From Candidatus Omnitrophota bacterium (GTDB taxonomy: Bacteria > Omnitrophota > Gorgyraeia > Zapsychrales > Fredricksoniimonadaceae): a stretch of 64,000 nucleotides of DNA. The first letter of the stretch is position 1; the number at the start of each line of letters is the position of its first letter. The notes beneath the pieces are model-generated. The model saw only the letters and a list, made by a program, of their open reading frames with translations, made no database searches and was not told where the DNA came from. The translations under genes were made by a program, and so were the position numbers. The stretch is taken from contig CAIOPG010000017.1 in the NCBI GenBank assembly GCA_903860135.1, positions 203,364 through 267,363 of the forward strand. The letters are read 5' to 3'. Shown here piece by piece: positions 44,780 to 54,446 of this stretch.

Positions 44780-46354
44780 CTAAACATCCAATTTTTTATC
44801 CCCAAGAATATGCAACGCCATCGCCCTGCGCGTCTCATACGCCAAAAAGCTCATCACGCCGGCAACAATACACGGCGCCATTACCGCTATAAACTCGAAC
44901 TGCTTTTGTTCCAACAATAAAGAAGCGGCATATGGCAGAGCCATGAACGGCGATATTGTCGCCATTGAAACATGCTCATTCAACCTGAAATTCATCATCA
45001 GTGCCATCATCCATGGCAAAAACACCCACCATATCAGCAGGGCCGTAAGAATGAAAATCCGTTTATTCCGCCAGCGGCTCAATCTGAAGAACTCCAGGAA
45101 TCCCGCGAAGGCCATGATATGACTGCTTATAATCAGAAAATATGAGATGCCGCTCAACAGCGAGCAATGAACAACCATTACATACGGCAGAATGAAAAGC
45201 CCCCCCATCCCGACATAAACAAGGACTGTCAGCATGCCGGTGGCGCCATCATCGGCCATCACCTTCCCCGCAATTCCAAAACTTTTGTTCAACATCAGAT
45301 ACTTTGAACATCTAAAATATGTCGGGACACAAAAGAAACTGATCAAGCCGCCGGCCATGACAAATAACGAAGTGAACAATGAGATTTCTGACCAGATGAA
45401 CCTATTAAGAAAGGACTTCATTGACCCGTCGGAATAGAAAGTAAAGTAGGCACTTGCTTTAAAAAGTTCATCAATATGCATATAATTTGCCACAAAAAAA
45501 CCTGTCACCACAAACAAAATGAAACCACAAAAACGCATCACGTCAGCTTTTGACCAGGCAAGGCTGTTGGGCAGGCAGAATAGCCGCGTGATCCCCTTGA
45601 TCACCAGCAACAACAAGGGTATTTGAACAATGGCCTGCATCACAATCAATGGGAAATCTAGGATATAAAAATGACCGTTAAAATGCGGCGCACTCGGCAC
45701 ATGCCACAAACCTGGGAGAATAGCCTGAAACGCCGTCACCCCTGATACATGAGAAAAGAACGTACAAGATGTTGCCAATAGAAATGCCCCGAGAATAGGA
45801 ACACCAAAGAAAAGAAAAAGCAACAATAAAAATATTGGATTAATACGTTTTTTATTGGCTGATGAGAGGGCAGCCATCACGGCTATAGAATGGAAAAGAA
45901 CCCCTGTCATGATCAGGGATACATTGAATGTAACAACCTGGAGAATCCTCACCTCAGGTAAAACCGTAAAGAATAATTCAAGCACAAATAAAATGCAGAA
46001 AATCCCCCACTCCACACACGTACTTCCAAAAATAAGGCCAATGACTTTATGCCCCACCGGCTGAGGGGAATTCCGATGAAAATCCAGCGTTTCCCCTGTC
46101 CGCTCACGGGCCGCCATCTGCCCGGCCAGCATCGTCCCCTGCACCAAAAGAACCAGCGCCTGAACAATAACAATCGTATTGAATAAGGACAAACAAACAG
46201 CTGACAATTGTGTCTGATGCAATGACGCGCTCAGAAATCCCAGGAATATACTCCCTAAAATCAATATGCCGATACAGATCAGCTGCACCGGGCGCGTACG
46301 TTCATACCAGCAACTTAAGAAAAGTGCGTTATTTTTCAAATCCAGGCAATTCAT
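44780..46354 (-). CDS. polytopic membrane protein, putative ABC-2-like permease partner of 46351-47376 ATPase
   Basis: ~12 predicted hydrophobic helices; start overlaps ATPase stop. Confidence 0.5.
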   Translation of the reverse strand: MNCLDLKNNALFLSCWYERTRPVQLICIGILILGSIFLGFLSASLHQTQLSAVCLSLFNTIVIVQALVLLVQGTMLAGQMAARERTGETLDFHRNSPQPVGHKVIGLIFGSTCVEWGIFCILFVLELFFTVLPEVRILQVVTFNVSLIMTGVLFHSIAVMAALSSANKKRINPIFLLLLFLFFGVPILGAFLLATSCTFFSHVSGVTAFQAILPGLWHVPSAPHFNGHFYILDFPLIVMQAIVQIPLLLLVIKGITRLFCLPNSLAWSKADVMRFCGFILFVVTGFFVANYMHIDELFKASAYFTFYSDGSMKSFLNRFIWSEISLFTSLFVMAGGLISFFCVPTYFRCSKYLMLNKSFGIAGKVMADDGATGMLTVLVYVGMGGLFILPYVMVVHCSLLSGISYFLIISSHIMAFAGFLEFFRLSRWRNKRIFILTALLIWWVFLPWMMALMMNFRLNEHVSMATISPFMALPYAASLLLEQKQFEFIAVMAPCIVAGVMSFLAYETRRAMALHILGDKKLDV

Positions 46355-47376
46355 GCAACCTCCTTGGCGCCGACTTTAAGAAAGATATCTTCTATGTCAT
46401 CGCTGGCTAGTGAACATTCCAATAAACCGACATTAGCCGCCAATATTTTCTTCAGAAATTGAGATGCGGCTTCTTCGGCATTCTGAAAATAAATAACATA
46501 TCGGGTCCCCTCTTGGCGTACGCGATCCTTGCCAAGACCTTCTTCAAGCAACAAACCTTCAAGCGCTGCAAGTCCCTCCGCTTCTTTGGCAAAGCGGATG
46601 ATCAACTTCTGCGTGCCCCCTGTCTGCCTACGGAGCTCATCCATCGTCCCCGCCATGACCAGCCTGCCTTTTTCCAGGATAATAATCGAATCAACAAACT
46701 CACTCAACTCAGAAAGAATATGACTGGAAATAAGGATCGTGGCGCCATTGGCCCTGGCTTCTTTCAGCAGGTCACGCATTTGTTTGCGCGCCAGAGGATC
46801 AAGCCCGCTGGCAGGTTCATCAAGGAGCAATATCAGCGGATAAACCTCGAGGGTCTTCGCCAATACCAGGCGCTGCTGCATCCCGCGCGACAAACCCTTG
46901 ATCAACGCATCTCTTTTCGTGCCTAGGTCACTCTTGATCAGCCACTTTTCAACGCAGCTGGGACGATCTTCTGCCTTAATACCGTAAGCGGCAGCAAAAA
47001 TATCCAGATATTCCCACACTTTCAAATTTTCATAGACCGGAGAAAAATCCGGCATATACCCCACACACGCCAATGCTTTTTCACGCGCTGTTTCCAGATT
47101 AAATCCATTCAGGCTTATCTTGCCCTGGGCAGGCTCAAGAACACCGGCCAGCGCCTTGATCGTCGACGTTTTACCGGCACCATTAGGGCCGATAAAACCA
47201 TAGATCTTCCCGCGTTCCAGCTGGAAGGAAAGATCATTCACCGCCGTCATGCCATCATAAACGATGCACAAGTTTGAGACTTCAACAAAACTCATGTTTT
47301 CTCCTTGTCTTGGGTGAACACATATTCCCGCGCACTCCAACGAATCCACAACCACTTTCCCCTGCGGATACATCAA
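46351..47376 (-). CDS. ABC transporter ATP-binding protein (probable start MSFVEVSNL ~47295)
   Basis: GPNGAGKTST, LSRGMQQR, LLLDEPASGLD. Confidence 0.85.
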   Translation of the reverse strand: MMYPQGKVVVDSLECAGICVHPRQGENMSFVEVSNLCIVYDGMTAVNDLSFQLERGKIYGFIGPNGAGKTSTIKALAGVLEPAQGKISLNGFNLETAREKALACVGYMPDFSPVYENLKVWEYLDIFAAAYGIKAEDRPSCVEKWLIKSDLGTKRDALIKGLSRGMQQRLVLAKTLEVYPLILLLDEPASGLDPLARKQMRDLLKEARANGATILISSHILSELSEFVDSIIILEKGRLVMAGTMDELRRQTGGTQKLIIRFAKEAEGLAALEGLLLEEGLGKDRVRQEGTRYVIYFQNAEEAASQFLKKILAANVGLLECSLASDDIEDIFLKVGAKEVA

Positions 47377-47501
47377 CCTTAATCAAAACTGACAGAATAC
47401 TCATACCATGGCCCGAACAAATGCCCCCGAAGCTTTTCAAGTTTCTTATGCTTTGGATTATAGCAGATGCCTGACGATCAAGTCATTAGACTCATTAACC
47501 T

Positions 47502-48050
47502 TTATTTCCCTTCATCCCACGTCCTAGTCGCTGAATGATAAGTTGGCCCTAAAAGCCCTGCCGTATGACTATCAAGTGGCGATGTAATATACAAGTCAAA
47601 ATTACCTGATTTAGGCCAATAAGAATACTCATCCCCTGGACATCCGATTTGTGCTAATCCTTTGGGGTATTCCCCATGTCTTTGCTTGAATTTCTCGAGT
47701 TTGAAAATAATATGTTGCGTACGGCTATCATGAGGATCAGGAAACCTGTAACCTCTGAATCCCTCCAGTATCACCCAAAAACCCAATGACACAAATAAAA
47801 CCGGTGCCAAAACCGATGTTAATACTCCGATACAAATAGCGCGCCGGCGCTTCCATAAATAGATGATTAAAAAAATCCAAGTCAACAGCACTAACGCTGC
47901 ACTTACATTAGTTGCCATATATGACTTCCATGGGAAAACCTGCAAAATAAATATTGCCAAAGGAAGATATAAACAGCCTATGCAAAAGAGAATAAAAGTT
48001 TTTATCATAAAATTCCGATGTATAAGACTAACGAAACCCTTGGATAACAA
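47502..48050 (-). CDS. hypothetical membrane protein (182 aa)
   Basis: 3 hydrophobic helices. Confidence 0.35.
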   Translation of the reverse strand: MLSKGFVSLIHRNFMIKTFILFCIGCLYLPLAIFILQVFPWKSYMATNVSAALVLLTWIFLIIYLWKRRRAICIGVLTSVLAPVLFVSLGFWVILEGFRGYRFPDPHDSRTQHIIFKLEKFKQRHGEYPKGLAQIGCPGDEYSYWPKSGNFDLYITSPLDSHTAGLLGPTYHSATRTWDEGK

Positions 48051-48101
48051 CCCCCACCACGCTGAACCTTCTCCCGGGAAGAAGGGGTCGCGTGTGGCGG
48101 G

Positions 48102-48305
48102 TTATTTCTGGGCGTTGAGGACCGCGAAGCTGATGAGCCCGCCCGACATGAGAACACCGCCGGCAATAAAAAACAGTGCTGTTGCCGCAGCCACCTGCAA
48201 TGTTCCAAAGGCGAGCGGCAGACAAGCGATACATCCCAATCCTCCGACGGCCACAAATATTGCCGCAAGAGCCTTGCCAAACTTGGTTATAGCTTCTGGT
48301 GTCAT
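48102..48305 (-). CDS. small two-helix membrane protein (67 aa; longest ORF to 48443 lacks RBS)
   Basis: AGGAGG RBS 6 nt upstream of ATG at 48305; Gly/Ala-rich TM helices. Confidence 0.4.
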   Translation of the reverse strand: MTPEAITKFGKALAAIFVAVGGLGCIACLPLAFGTLQVAAATALFFIAGGVLMSGGLISFAVLNAQK

Positions 48306-48500
48306 AACAACCTCCTGGTTTAATATACTTCCCTGGCTGCTACTTCTAACGGGGAACAGCCTTGACCCTTTGCTTAAAACCCCTCCCCCTGCCCCCTCCC
48401 ACGCTGACGCGGGGCGGGGGATTTCATATCCCATGCAAGACAACTACCTTTTGACGCACACATATCCAAGCATGCCTGTACGGATACATTCAACTACTTA

Positions 48501-49823
48501 TTAAACTTCCTCATAACACCACCGACGGTATGTTAGCGCGACAAGGCTGGCCGTTACAATCACGGCCAATCCAAGATGCCATAAAAGAATCGGCAGGCTG
48601 TACGCTGAAATATGCATGAACTCGACGAGCACATAGGCCGCATACAGGACAACAAGGCCAATGGCGCCCGGCTTATCTTTTAGGGCCGCCACATACATCA
48701 GGCAGGCCAGTGTCATCTGGGCGAAAACTCCGGTAAATACAAGATAGACCCAAAATTTAGATGTCATGATAAATGGCAAATGCCAGATAACGGCAGGGAG
48801 TATGCCAAAAACAACCGCAATGATGCCCCAGGCACCTGTGAGAATGATTGTCAAAAAAGTCCCCCATTGCAAGGCAATTTTTTCACGGCATACTGGACGC
48901 AATAAGGCATAATCGCGGAACGACACAGTGCGATAACAAAAACACAACATCACTGCCAGCGGCAATACCGAGAGGACAAGGAAATTGGCATAAGGACGCG
49001 CATAAAATCCCGTCGGACCTGCGATATAAATAACATACCCGGTGAAAATCAGTGCCCCCGCCGAAAAGATCCCGATAATCCCCGGAATATCCTCGGCTTC
49101 AACATACGCCCAGTGAAAAGCTTGCGCGATCAGGCTTTTCTGCTGCACATAAAGGGGCACTTCACGCGGCACATAGGCACGCATTGATGCCGATGTTTTG
49201 GCCCGGTGCAGGGGCCAGGACAAAACGCAGCCAAATTCCGCCATGCCTTCTCTTAACGATGCCAAGCGCCAGACAAATCCGCCCAACATCACAACGGCTA
49301 AACCTGTCAACCCGTAATACACCGGATCCGAGATGATGAGAAGATGCAGAAAATCCCGCGTATATCCGACGATGAGTAAGAGAAGCCCGTAACCAATAAA
49401 GAGGATCCGCCGTTCTGAAATATAGGCGATCACAAGGGTGGCGAAATAGGTTGCAAGGCATAAAAATATCCAGCTCGAATTGCTCCGGTCACTAATAGTA
49501 TTCTGTAACGCCGATACCCAGCACCCCATGATGATCGCCACCAAAACCCAAATAAAGACCGCGACAAAAATGTGCGCCGCACGATACCCCGGCATCAATC
49601 CCGCCATGGGCGATACCATCTGACGCTTGATCATTATTCCCAATTGAAAGCCAAGGGTCATCCACAGGCAAAGCCAGATCGTGGTCATATCATCAAACCA
49701 ACCCCATTCTCCCCTGGCCACGGCCATATGACCAAAAGGCACGATCAGCACAAGGGCCGCCATGAGCGTCAGCATCAACTTACGCTCCCGATACAGCATC
49801 AAGACCGCTATGATATTTTTCAT
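48501..49823 (-). CDS. polytopic membrane protein, putative ABC-2-like permease partner of 49820-50695 ATPase
   Basis: ~10-12 hydrophobic helices; start overlaps ATPase stop. Confidence 0.5.
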   Translation of the reverse strand: MKNIIAVLMLYRERKLMLTLMAALVLIVPFGHMAVARGEWGWFDDMTTIWLCLWMTLGFQLGIMIKRQMVSPMAGLMPGYRAAHIFVAVFIWVLVAIIMGCWVSALQNTISDRSNSSWIFLCLATYFATLVIAYISERRILFIGYGLLLLIVGYTRDFLHLLIISDPVYYGLTGLAVVMLGGFVWRLASLREGMAEFGCVLSWPLHRAKTSASMRAYVPREVPLYVQQKSLIAQAFHWAYVEAEDIPGIIGIFSAGALIFTGYVIYIAGPTGFYARPYANFLVLSVLPLAVMLCFCYRTVSFRDYALLRPVCREKIALQWGTFLTIILTGAWGIIAVVFGILPAVIWHLPFIMTSKFWVYLVFTGVFAQMTLACLMYVAALKDKPGAIGLVVLYAAYVLVEFMHISAYSLPILLWHLGLAVIVTASLVALTYRRWCYEEV

Positions 49824-50695
49824 CGGTTCATCTCCAGAAAGATCTCTTCGAGGTTCAGGTCCTCAACGTCAACGAGTGCGCCGAATGTTTTTTCCAAGGA
49901 TTCACGCCGGGCATCGCTGTAATCACGCACCGTCAGTATGGCCTGCTGGCCACGCACATAACTGTTAATGACCCCTTCCTGGCCCATGTCCGGCAAAACT
50001 CCCGTCGGGCAATAAAGGCGGACGCGCTTGACGCTCTCCTTAAGAACATCAATCCCACCGCAAAAGTCGATCGTGCCGGCACGCAGGACAGCCACGGTGT
50101 CAGCGATACGTTCCAGATCCGACGTGATATGCGTTGAAAAAAGAACCGTACAGGGACGCTCGGCCACAACATCCAGGATCGTCTTTAGAAATTCGCGTCG
50201 CGCCACCGGATCCAGACTGGCCACGGGCTCATCAAAGACAAGCAATGGCGGCTCGTGCCCCAAGGCAAGGATAATCAGAAGTTTCTGCAGTTCTCCCTCG
50301 GAAAGCGTATCCACGCGCACGGAAAGGTCCAATTTCCAGTCTTTGACAAGCTGCGCGGCCAACGCCGTATTCCACTGCGGATAGAACGACGCTGTATACT
50401 CTATAAGCCGCCCTGCCTGCAACCACGGATACGGCCGATACCCCTGCGGCACATACCCGATGCCGGCCTTGACAGCCGCCGATAAATGCCATGGATCCTC
50501 GCCGAGAATAGATGCTTTCCCCGCATCCACTTTAAGCAGGCCCAAGAGGCATTTGAGCAGTGTCGTCTTGCCGGCTCCGTTTGTGCCCAGCAGTCCGATC
50601 ACCATACCCTCGGGCACAGCCAGTGAAACCCCATCGAGGACAACCTTGCGGCCATACCCTTTGCTGACATCCTGAAGATAAATAATATTACGCAT
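49820..50695 (-). CDS. ABC transporter ATP-binding protein
   Basis: GTNGAGKTTLL, LSEGELQK, LVFDEP. Confidence 0.85.
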   Translation of the reverse strand: MRNIIYLQDVSKGYGRKVVLDGVSLAVPEGMVIGLLGTNGAGKTTLLKCLLGLLKVDAGKASILGEDPWHLSAAVKAGIGYVPQGYRPYPWLQAGRLIEYTASFYPQWNTALAAQLVKDWKLDLSVRVDTLSEGELQKLLIILALGHEPPLLVFDEPVASLDPVARREFLKTILDVVAERPCTVLFSTHITSDLERIADTVAVLRAGTIDFCGGIDVLKESVKRVRLYCPTGVLPDMGQEGVINSYVRGQQAILTVRDYSDARRESLEKTFGALVDVEDLNLEEIFLEMNR

Positions 50696-51092
50696 GACGA
50701 TCTTCCTCCCAGATAGCCCTCAGTTTTTGCACAACACTTGCCTCATCCAGGGACAACTGCTGTGCGCTGTTGATCACTTCCTTTATAAGCAGGGTCAAAC
50801 GCTCCTGATCCCTGTCCGGCATGGTAATTCCCTCTGCCTTCACCGGAATGCGCATCCCCTGCCCGCGCACCAATTCAATGATCCCGCTCTTTTCCAATGA
50901 TGAATACGCCTTCGACACGGTCATGGGATTGACCTCAAGGCTTTTGGAAACATCCCGGATCGATGGCAGGAATTCACCCGCCACAAACTTCCCCAGCGCG
51001 ATCCCGATCTTCACCTGATCATAGATCTGACGGTAGATCGGCACCCCCGATGCGGGACTGATCTGAAAATATAACCTGGCATTATGATCCAT
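50688..51092 (-). CDS. GntR-family (YtrA-subfamily-like, short) transcriptional regulator
   Basis: LPSIRDVSKSLEVNPMTVSKAYSSLEKSGIIE GntR HTH; 134 aa; heads ABC operon as ytrA does. Confidence 0.75.
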   Translation of the reverse strand: MDHNARLYFQISPASGVPIYRQIYDQVKIGIALGKFVAGEFLPSIRDVSKSLEVNPMTVSKAYSSLEKSGIIELVRGQGMRIPVKAEGITMPDRDQERLTLLIKEVINSAQQLSLDEASVVQKLRAIWEEDRHA

Positions 51093-51325
51093 AATTCTCC
51101 TCTGATAACGCTACTGCATTAGAAGTATAATACACCAATACACCATTGTCAAGGGTAGGGCGAGAAAATAGCGAGAAAATATCATGAAATATTCATAACA
51201 TATACGGATATAACAGGTAGGAAACGGTTTACAACCGTTCCTTGATCTGAATAAATAAACGAATGAATGAAAAGGAAGGAAAACCGAATGCGGCGAACAT
51301 ATTCAAAATAACGCGCCAGCTTAAA

Positions 51326-52072
51326 TCATCCGAGGGATAAAACCATGCCACCTTCAAAATTAAATTTCAATACCGAACCCGTCCTGTCAACCGCGTTCAA
51401 CGCAAGCCCGATCAACCGGAACAACGCCGTACCCTGCCGTTGCATGAAGGGCTGGGCACGATCAATTGCTGTGCCTTTACTGTCTAGAAGCACCCAGCTC
51501 TTCTCTATCATCAGAAGCTCATGGCCATAAAAATAAATTCCGACTTCATCTTTCGACCAGAAAACCCTGCTCACCGATTGACCACATATCGCAGTTAAAC
51601 GCGCGATATCTTTAGCCAAGACATTAACCCTGTGAACAAGCATCTTCTTCTTATCTTTTTTCCCCAACAAAGAACCCGGGGTCGTTAACGCCAGAGGATC
51701 CCATAAAACCGCCCAACGACTCGTGATCCCGTCAGTCAAACGCGGCTGATCCTCTGCTAACGGAAGCTGGAGCGTATGCTTATCAAAAACAAGCTCCATG
51801 CATCCGCTTTTTAAATCAACCTTGTTCAGTTTCTGCCCTGTCAAAAACAAGCTACAGGCTGTCTGCCTGAGCTTGAGACCAAAACTCCTGTCAACCTCTT
51901 GCTGCTGTACATCCTTCAACGACCACGTACCCTCGACAAGAAAAGCACTGTCCTGGAGAAAATGCACACCAATATCATAGGCCGACATAGATACGCGCGC
52001 GACCGACTTGCCAATAAAAGGATTTAAATCATTTGGAACACGGATCGTCACCGCCATACCCTGTCCTGTCAT
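51326..52072 (-). CDS. hypothetical protein (248 aa) co-oriented downstream of PilB/GspE-like ATPase
   Basis: ORF only. Confidence 0.35.
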   Translation of the reverse strand: MTGQGMAVTIRVPNDLNPFIGKSVARVSMSAYDIGVHFLQDSAFLVEGTWSLKDVQQQEVDRSFGLKLRQTACSLFLTGQKLNKVDLKSGCMELVFDKHTLQLPLAEDQPRLTDGITSRWAVLWDPLALTTPGSLLGKKDKKKMLVHRVNVLAKDIARLTAICGQSVSRVFWSKDEVGIYFYGHELLMIEKSWVLLDSKGTAIDRAQPFMQRQGTALFRLIGLALNAVDRTGSVLKFNFEGGMVLSLG

Positions 52073-52099
52073 TTATAAGAATTATCAAACCCTTGTTGG

Positions 52100-53482
52100 T
52101 CAGGAACCTTTTTCCAGCAAGATCGGATAAATATCTTCAACTGTTACAAGCCCCTGTTTGGCTTTTTCGATCGCATCCATAGCAATAGAACGAAAGCCTT
52201 TCTGACGGGCGATCGTTTCAAGCTCGGTAATGGACGCATTACGGATAATCGCGTCGCGCAAATCTTCACTGAAGAAAACAACCTCAAAAATACCGACGCG
52301 CCCATGATAGCCGGTATTATTGCAATTTTTGCAACCCGCTTTCTTGTAGAATGTGACCTTGATCGGCTTGATCTTATTTTGATCACTTTCATCGAGATAT
52401 TGCATGCCTTTACCCGAATGATCGGCTTTGTCAGATGAAAACAACTGGATGTCAAGTCCGCACTGTTCACAAAGCACCTTCAAAACACTTTCATCAAGAA
52501 CATAGGGGATACGGCAACTATTACATAATTGGGGCACAAGCCTTTGCGTTACAGCCCCAATGACGGCATACGAAACCATATAACGCTCCAACCCCATATT
52601 CACAAGGCGGATCACGGTGCCAATGGCGCTGTTGGCATGCAGACTTGTCAAGACCAAATGCCCGGTAATAGCCGCACGGATAGCAATATCAGCCGTTTCT
52701 AAATCACGGATCTCGCCAATCAAGATAACATTGGGATCCTGGCGCAGAATGGCCTTCAACCCCGACGCAAAAGCTTCATCATCCTTTTTATCGATGTCGC
52801 ACTGATTGATCCCGTCGATCTGGTATTCCACAGGATCTTCAAGCGTTACAATATTAACCTGAGACGTATGAATACGATTGAGGATGGCATAGAGCGTGGT
52901 TGTTTTACCACTACCTGTCGGTCCACTCACGATCAAAAGCCCGTTCTTACGCTGAAGAATCTTCTCAAGGCAAGCCAGATCAGTGGTCCCCAGCCCGATC
53001 TTGTTTAAATCCACAAGCCCATGATCTTTATTAAGGATACGGATGGCTAACTTTTCGCCAAGCAAGGTTGGAAACGTAGCCACACGAAAATCATATTCAT
53101 TCTTCCCGATCGTCATCGAAAACCTGCCATCCATCGCCTTGCGGGCACTCATGGCATCCGTGGACATATTGGCCGAAATCTTGATGCGCGCGATAACAGT
53201 AACATTATGAATATGCGGAATACGCAAGACTTCATAAAGAAGACCATCCACGCGAAACCTCACGCGCAACCATTCCTGGAAAGGCTCAAGATGTATATCG
53301 CTCGCCCTAGACTGGATCGCTTCCGTAAAAATGGCATTAAGGACGTCGCTGGCCAGGGTAGCTCCGCTGACAGCCGGGGCACTGCCCCAGGAGGCACGCC
53401 GAGGATCCTTCTGGGCAGCAATCATTTGCGCATAATTTTCCTTGAGTGAATGCATAACATACCTTTCAGCAAACTTGAACAA
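52100..53482 (-). CDS. type II secretion / type IV pilus assembly ATPase, GspE/PilB family
   Basis: Walker A GPTGSGKTT, Asp box, His box LTSLH, C-terminal tetracysteine CKNC.. Confidence 0.8.
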   Translation of the reverse strand: MFKFAERYVMHSLKENYAQMIAAQKDPRRASWGSAPAVSGATLASDVLNAIFTEAIQSRASDIHLEPFQEWLRVRFRVDGLLYEVLRIPHIHNVTVIARIKISANMSTDAMSARKAMDGRFSMTIGKNEYDFRVATFPTLLGEKLAIRILNKDHGLVDLNKIGLGTTDLACLEKILQRKNGLLIVSGPTGSGKTTTLYAILNRIHTSQVNIVTLEDPVEYQIDGINQCDIDKKDDEAFASGLKAILRQDPNVILIGEIRDLETADIAIRAAITGHLVLTSLHANSAIGTVIRLVNMGLERYMVSYAVIGAVTQRLVPQLCNSCRIPYVLDESVLKVLCEQCGLDIQLFSSDKADHSGKGMQYLDESDQNKIKPIKVTFYKKAGCKNCNNTGYHGRVGIFEVVFFSEDLRDAIIRNASITELETIARQKGFRSIAMDAIEKAKQGLVTVEDIYPILLEKGS

Positions 53483-53493
53483 ACTTTTTTTGT

Positions 53494-54204
53494 TTATCCC
53501 GACTTACCCATTGTAAGGCTAATCCCGCCGTGCTCGATGGCGATCTGACGTTCTTTATAGAGGAGGCCGATGGCCATCTTGAATTTCTTTTTGCTCACGC
53601 CGAATAAACGGTAGATCTCTTCAGGCGGGGTTTTATCCGTTAGCTCCATGGATCCGCCGGACTTCTTGAGAAAAGCCACGATCTTGTCCGACAAGGCATC
53701 GACCGCCGCATAGCCAGGTTTCTGCAAGCAAAGATCGATCTTGCCGTCTTCCCTGACCTTTTTGACAAAACCTTGGATCCGTTGACCGTACGTCAAGGGC
53801 TGAAATATCTCGGGCTTGTATAAAAGCCCCCAGTAGGCATTGTTCACAATGGCCTTGTACCCCAGTGGGGTAGGATCACAGATCAAAAGGTCGACGGTGT
53901 CGCCGTCATGGACATCAACCGCCGCATTGCCCATGCACTTGTCCAGACGGGCTGAAGCCGCAAAACGTCCGGCTTCATCACAATAGATGTAAACAATGTA
54001 TGACTCACCCTCTTTCATGCGCCGCTGTTGTTCCACCCATGGCACGAAAAGATCCTTGGCAAAACCCCAGTCAAGAAAAGCACCAAAATCGGTGATAGAA
54101 ACAACCTTGAAGAAATCAAACATCCCCACAAGCTCCGCCGGATCTTCGACAAGATCGGGTTCTTTGACGATCTTTGACTTTTCAGGTTTCTTGATCTCTG
54201 CCAT
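53494..54204 (-). CDS. CvfB/YitL-family S1-like RNA-binding protein
   Basis: Repeated S1-like segments and C-terminal winged-helix tail, 236 aa. Confidence 0.6.
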   Translation of the reverse strand: MAEIKKPEKSKIVKEPDLVEDPAELVGMFDFFKVVSITDFGAFLDWGFAKDLFVPWVEQQRRMKEGESYIVYIYCDEAGRFAASARLDKCMGNAAVDVHDGDTVDLLICDPTPLGYKAIVNNAYWGLLYKPEIFQPLTYGQRIQGFVKKVREDGKIDLCLQKPGYAAVDALSDKIVAFLKKSGGSMELTDKTPPEEIYRLFGVSKKKFKMAIGLLYKERQIAIEHGGISLTMGKSG

Positions 54205-54260
54205 AAAATCATCCCTTATTTCTCTAACAACAATTCACTATTGCCAGCAATATACCATAA

Positions 54261-54446
54261 TCAAGATTTACATTCTGCCTTTTTTAGAATTGATATCATC
54301 GGGCACCAGTTGGTGAATGCCGACTGCAGCAGATTCGCGCCGACAAAAGCCGTGAACCAGAGCCACCCCGGATGCACAAAATGCGCCAGCAAAAGGCTGA
54401 TGAGGACAAAAACACCGGCAATGCCACGTAATTTTCTTTCGATCAT
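54261..54446 (-). CDS. DUF2892 (YgaP-like) small membrane protein
   Basis: 61 aa; NLLQSAFTNWCPMISIL matches the G..CP motif of DUF2892. Confidence 0.5.
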   Translation of the reverse strand: MIERKLRGIAGVFVLISLLLAHFVHPGWLWFTAFVGANLLQSAFTNWCPMISILKKAECKS

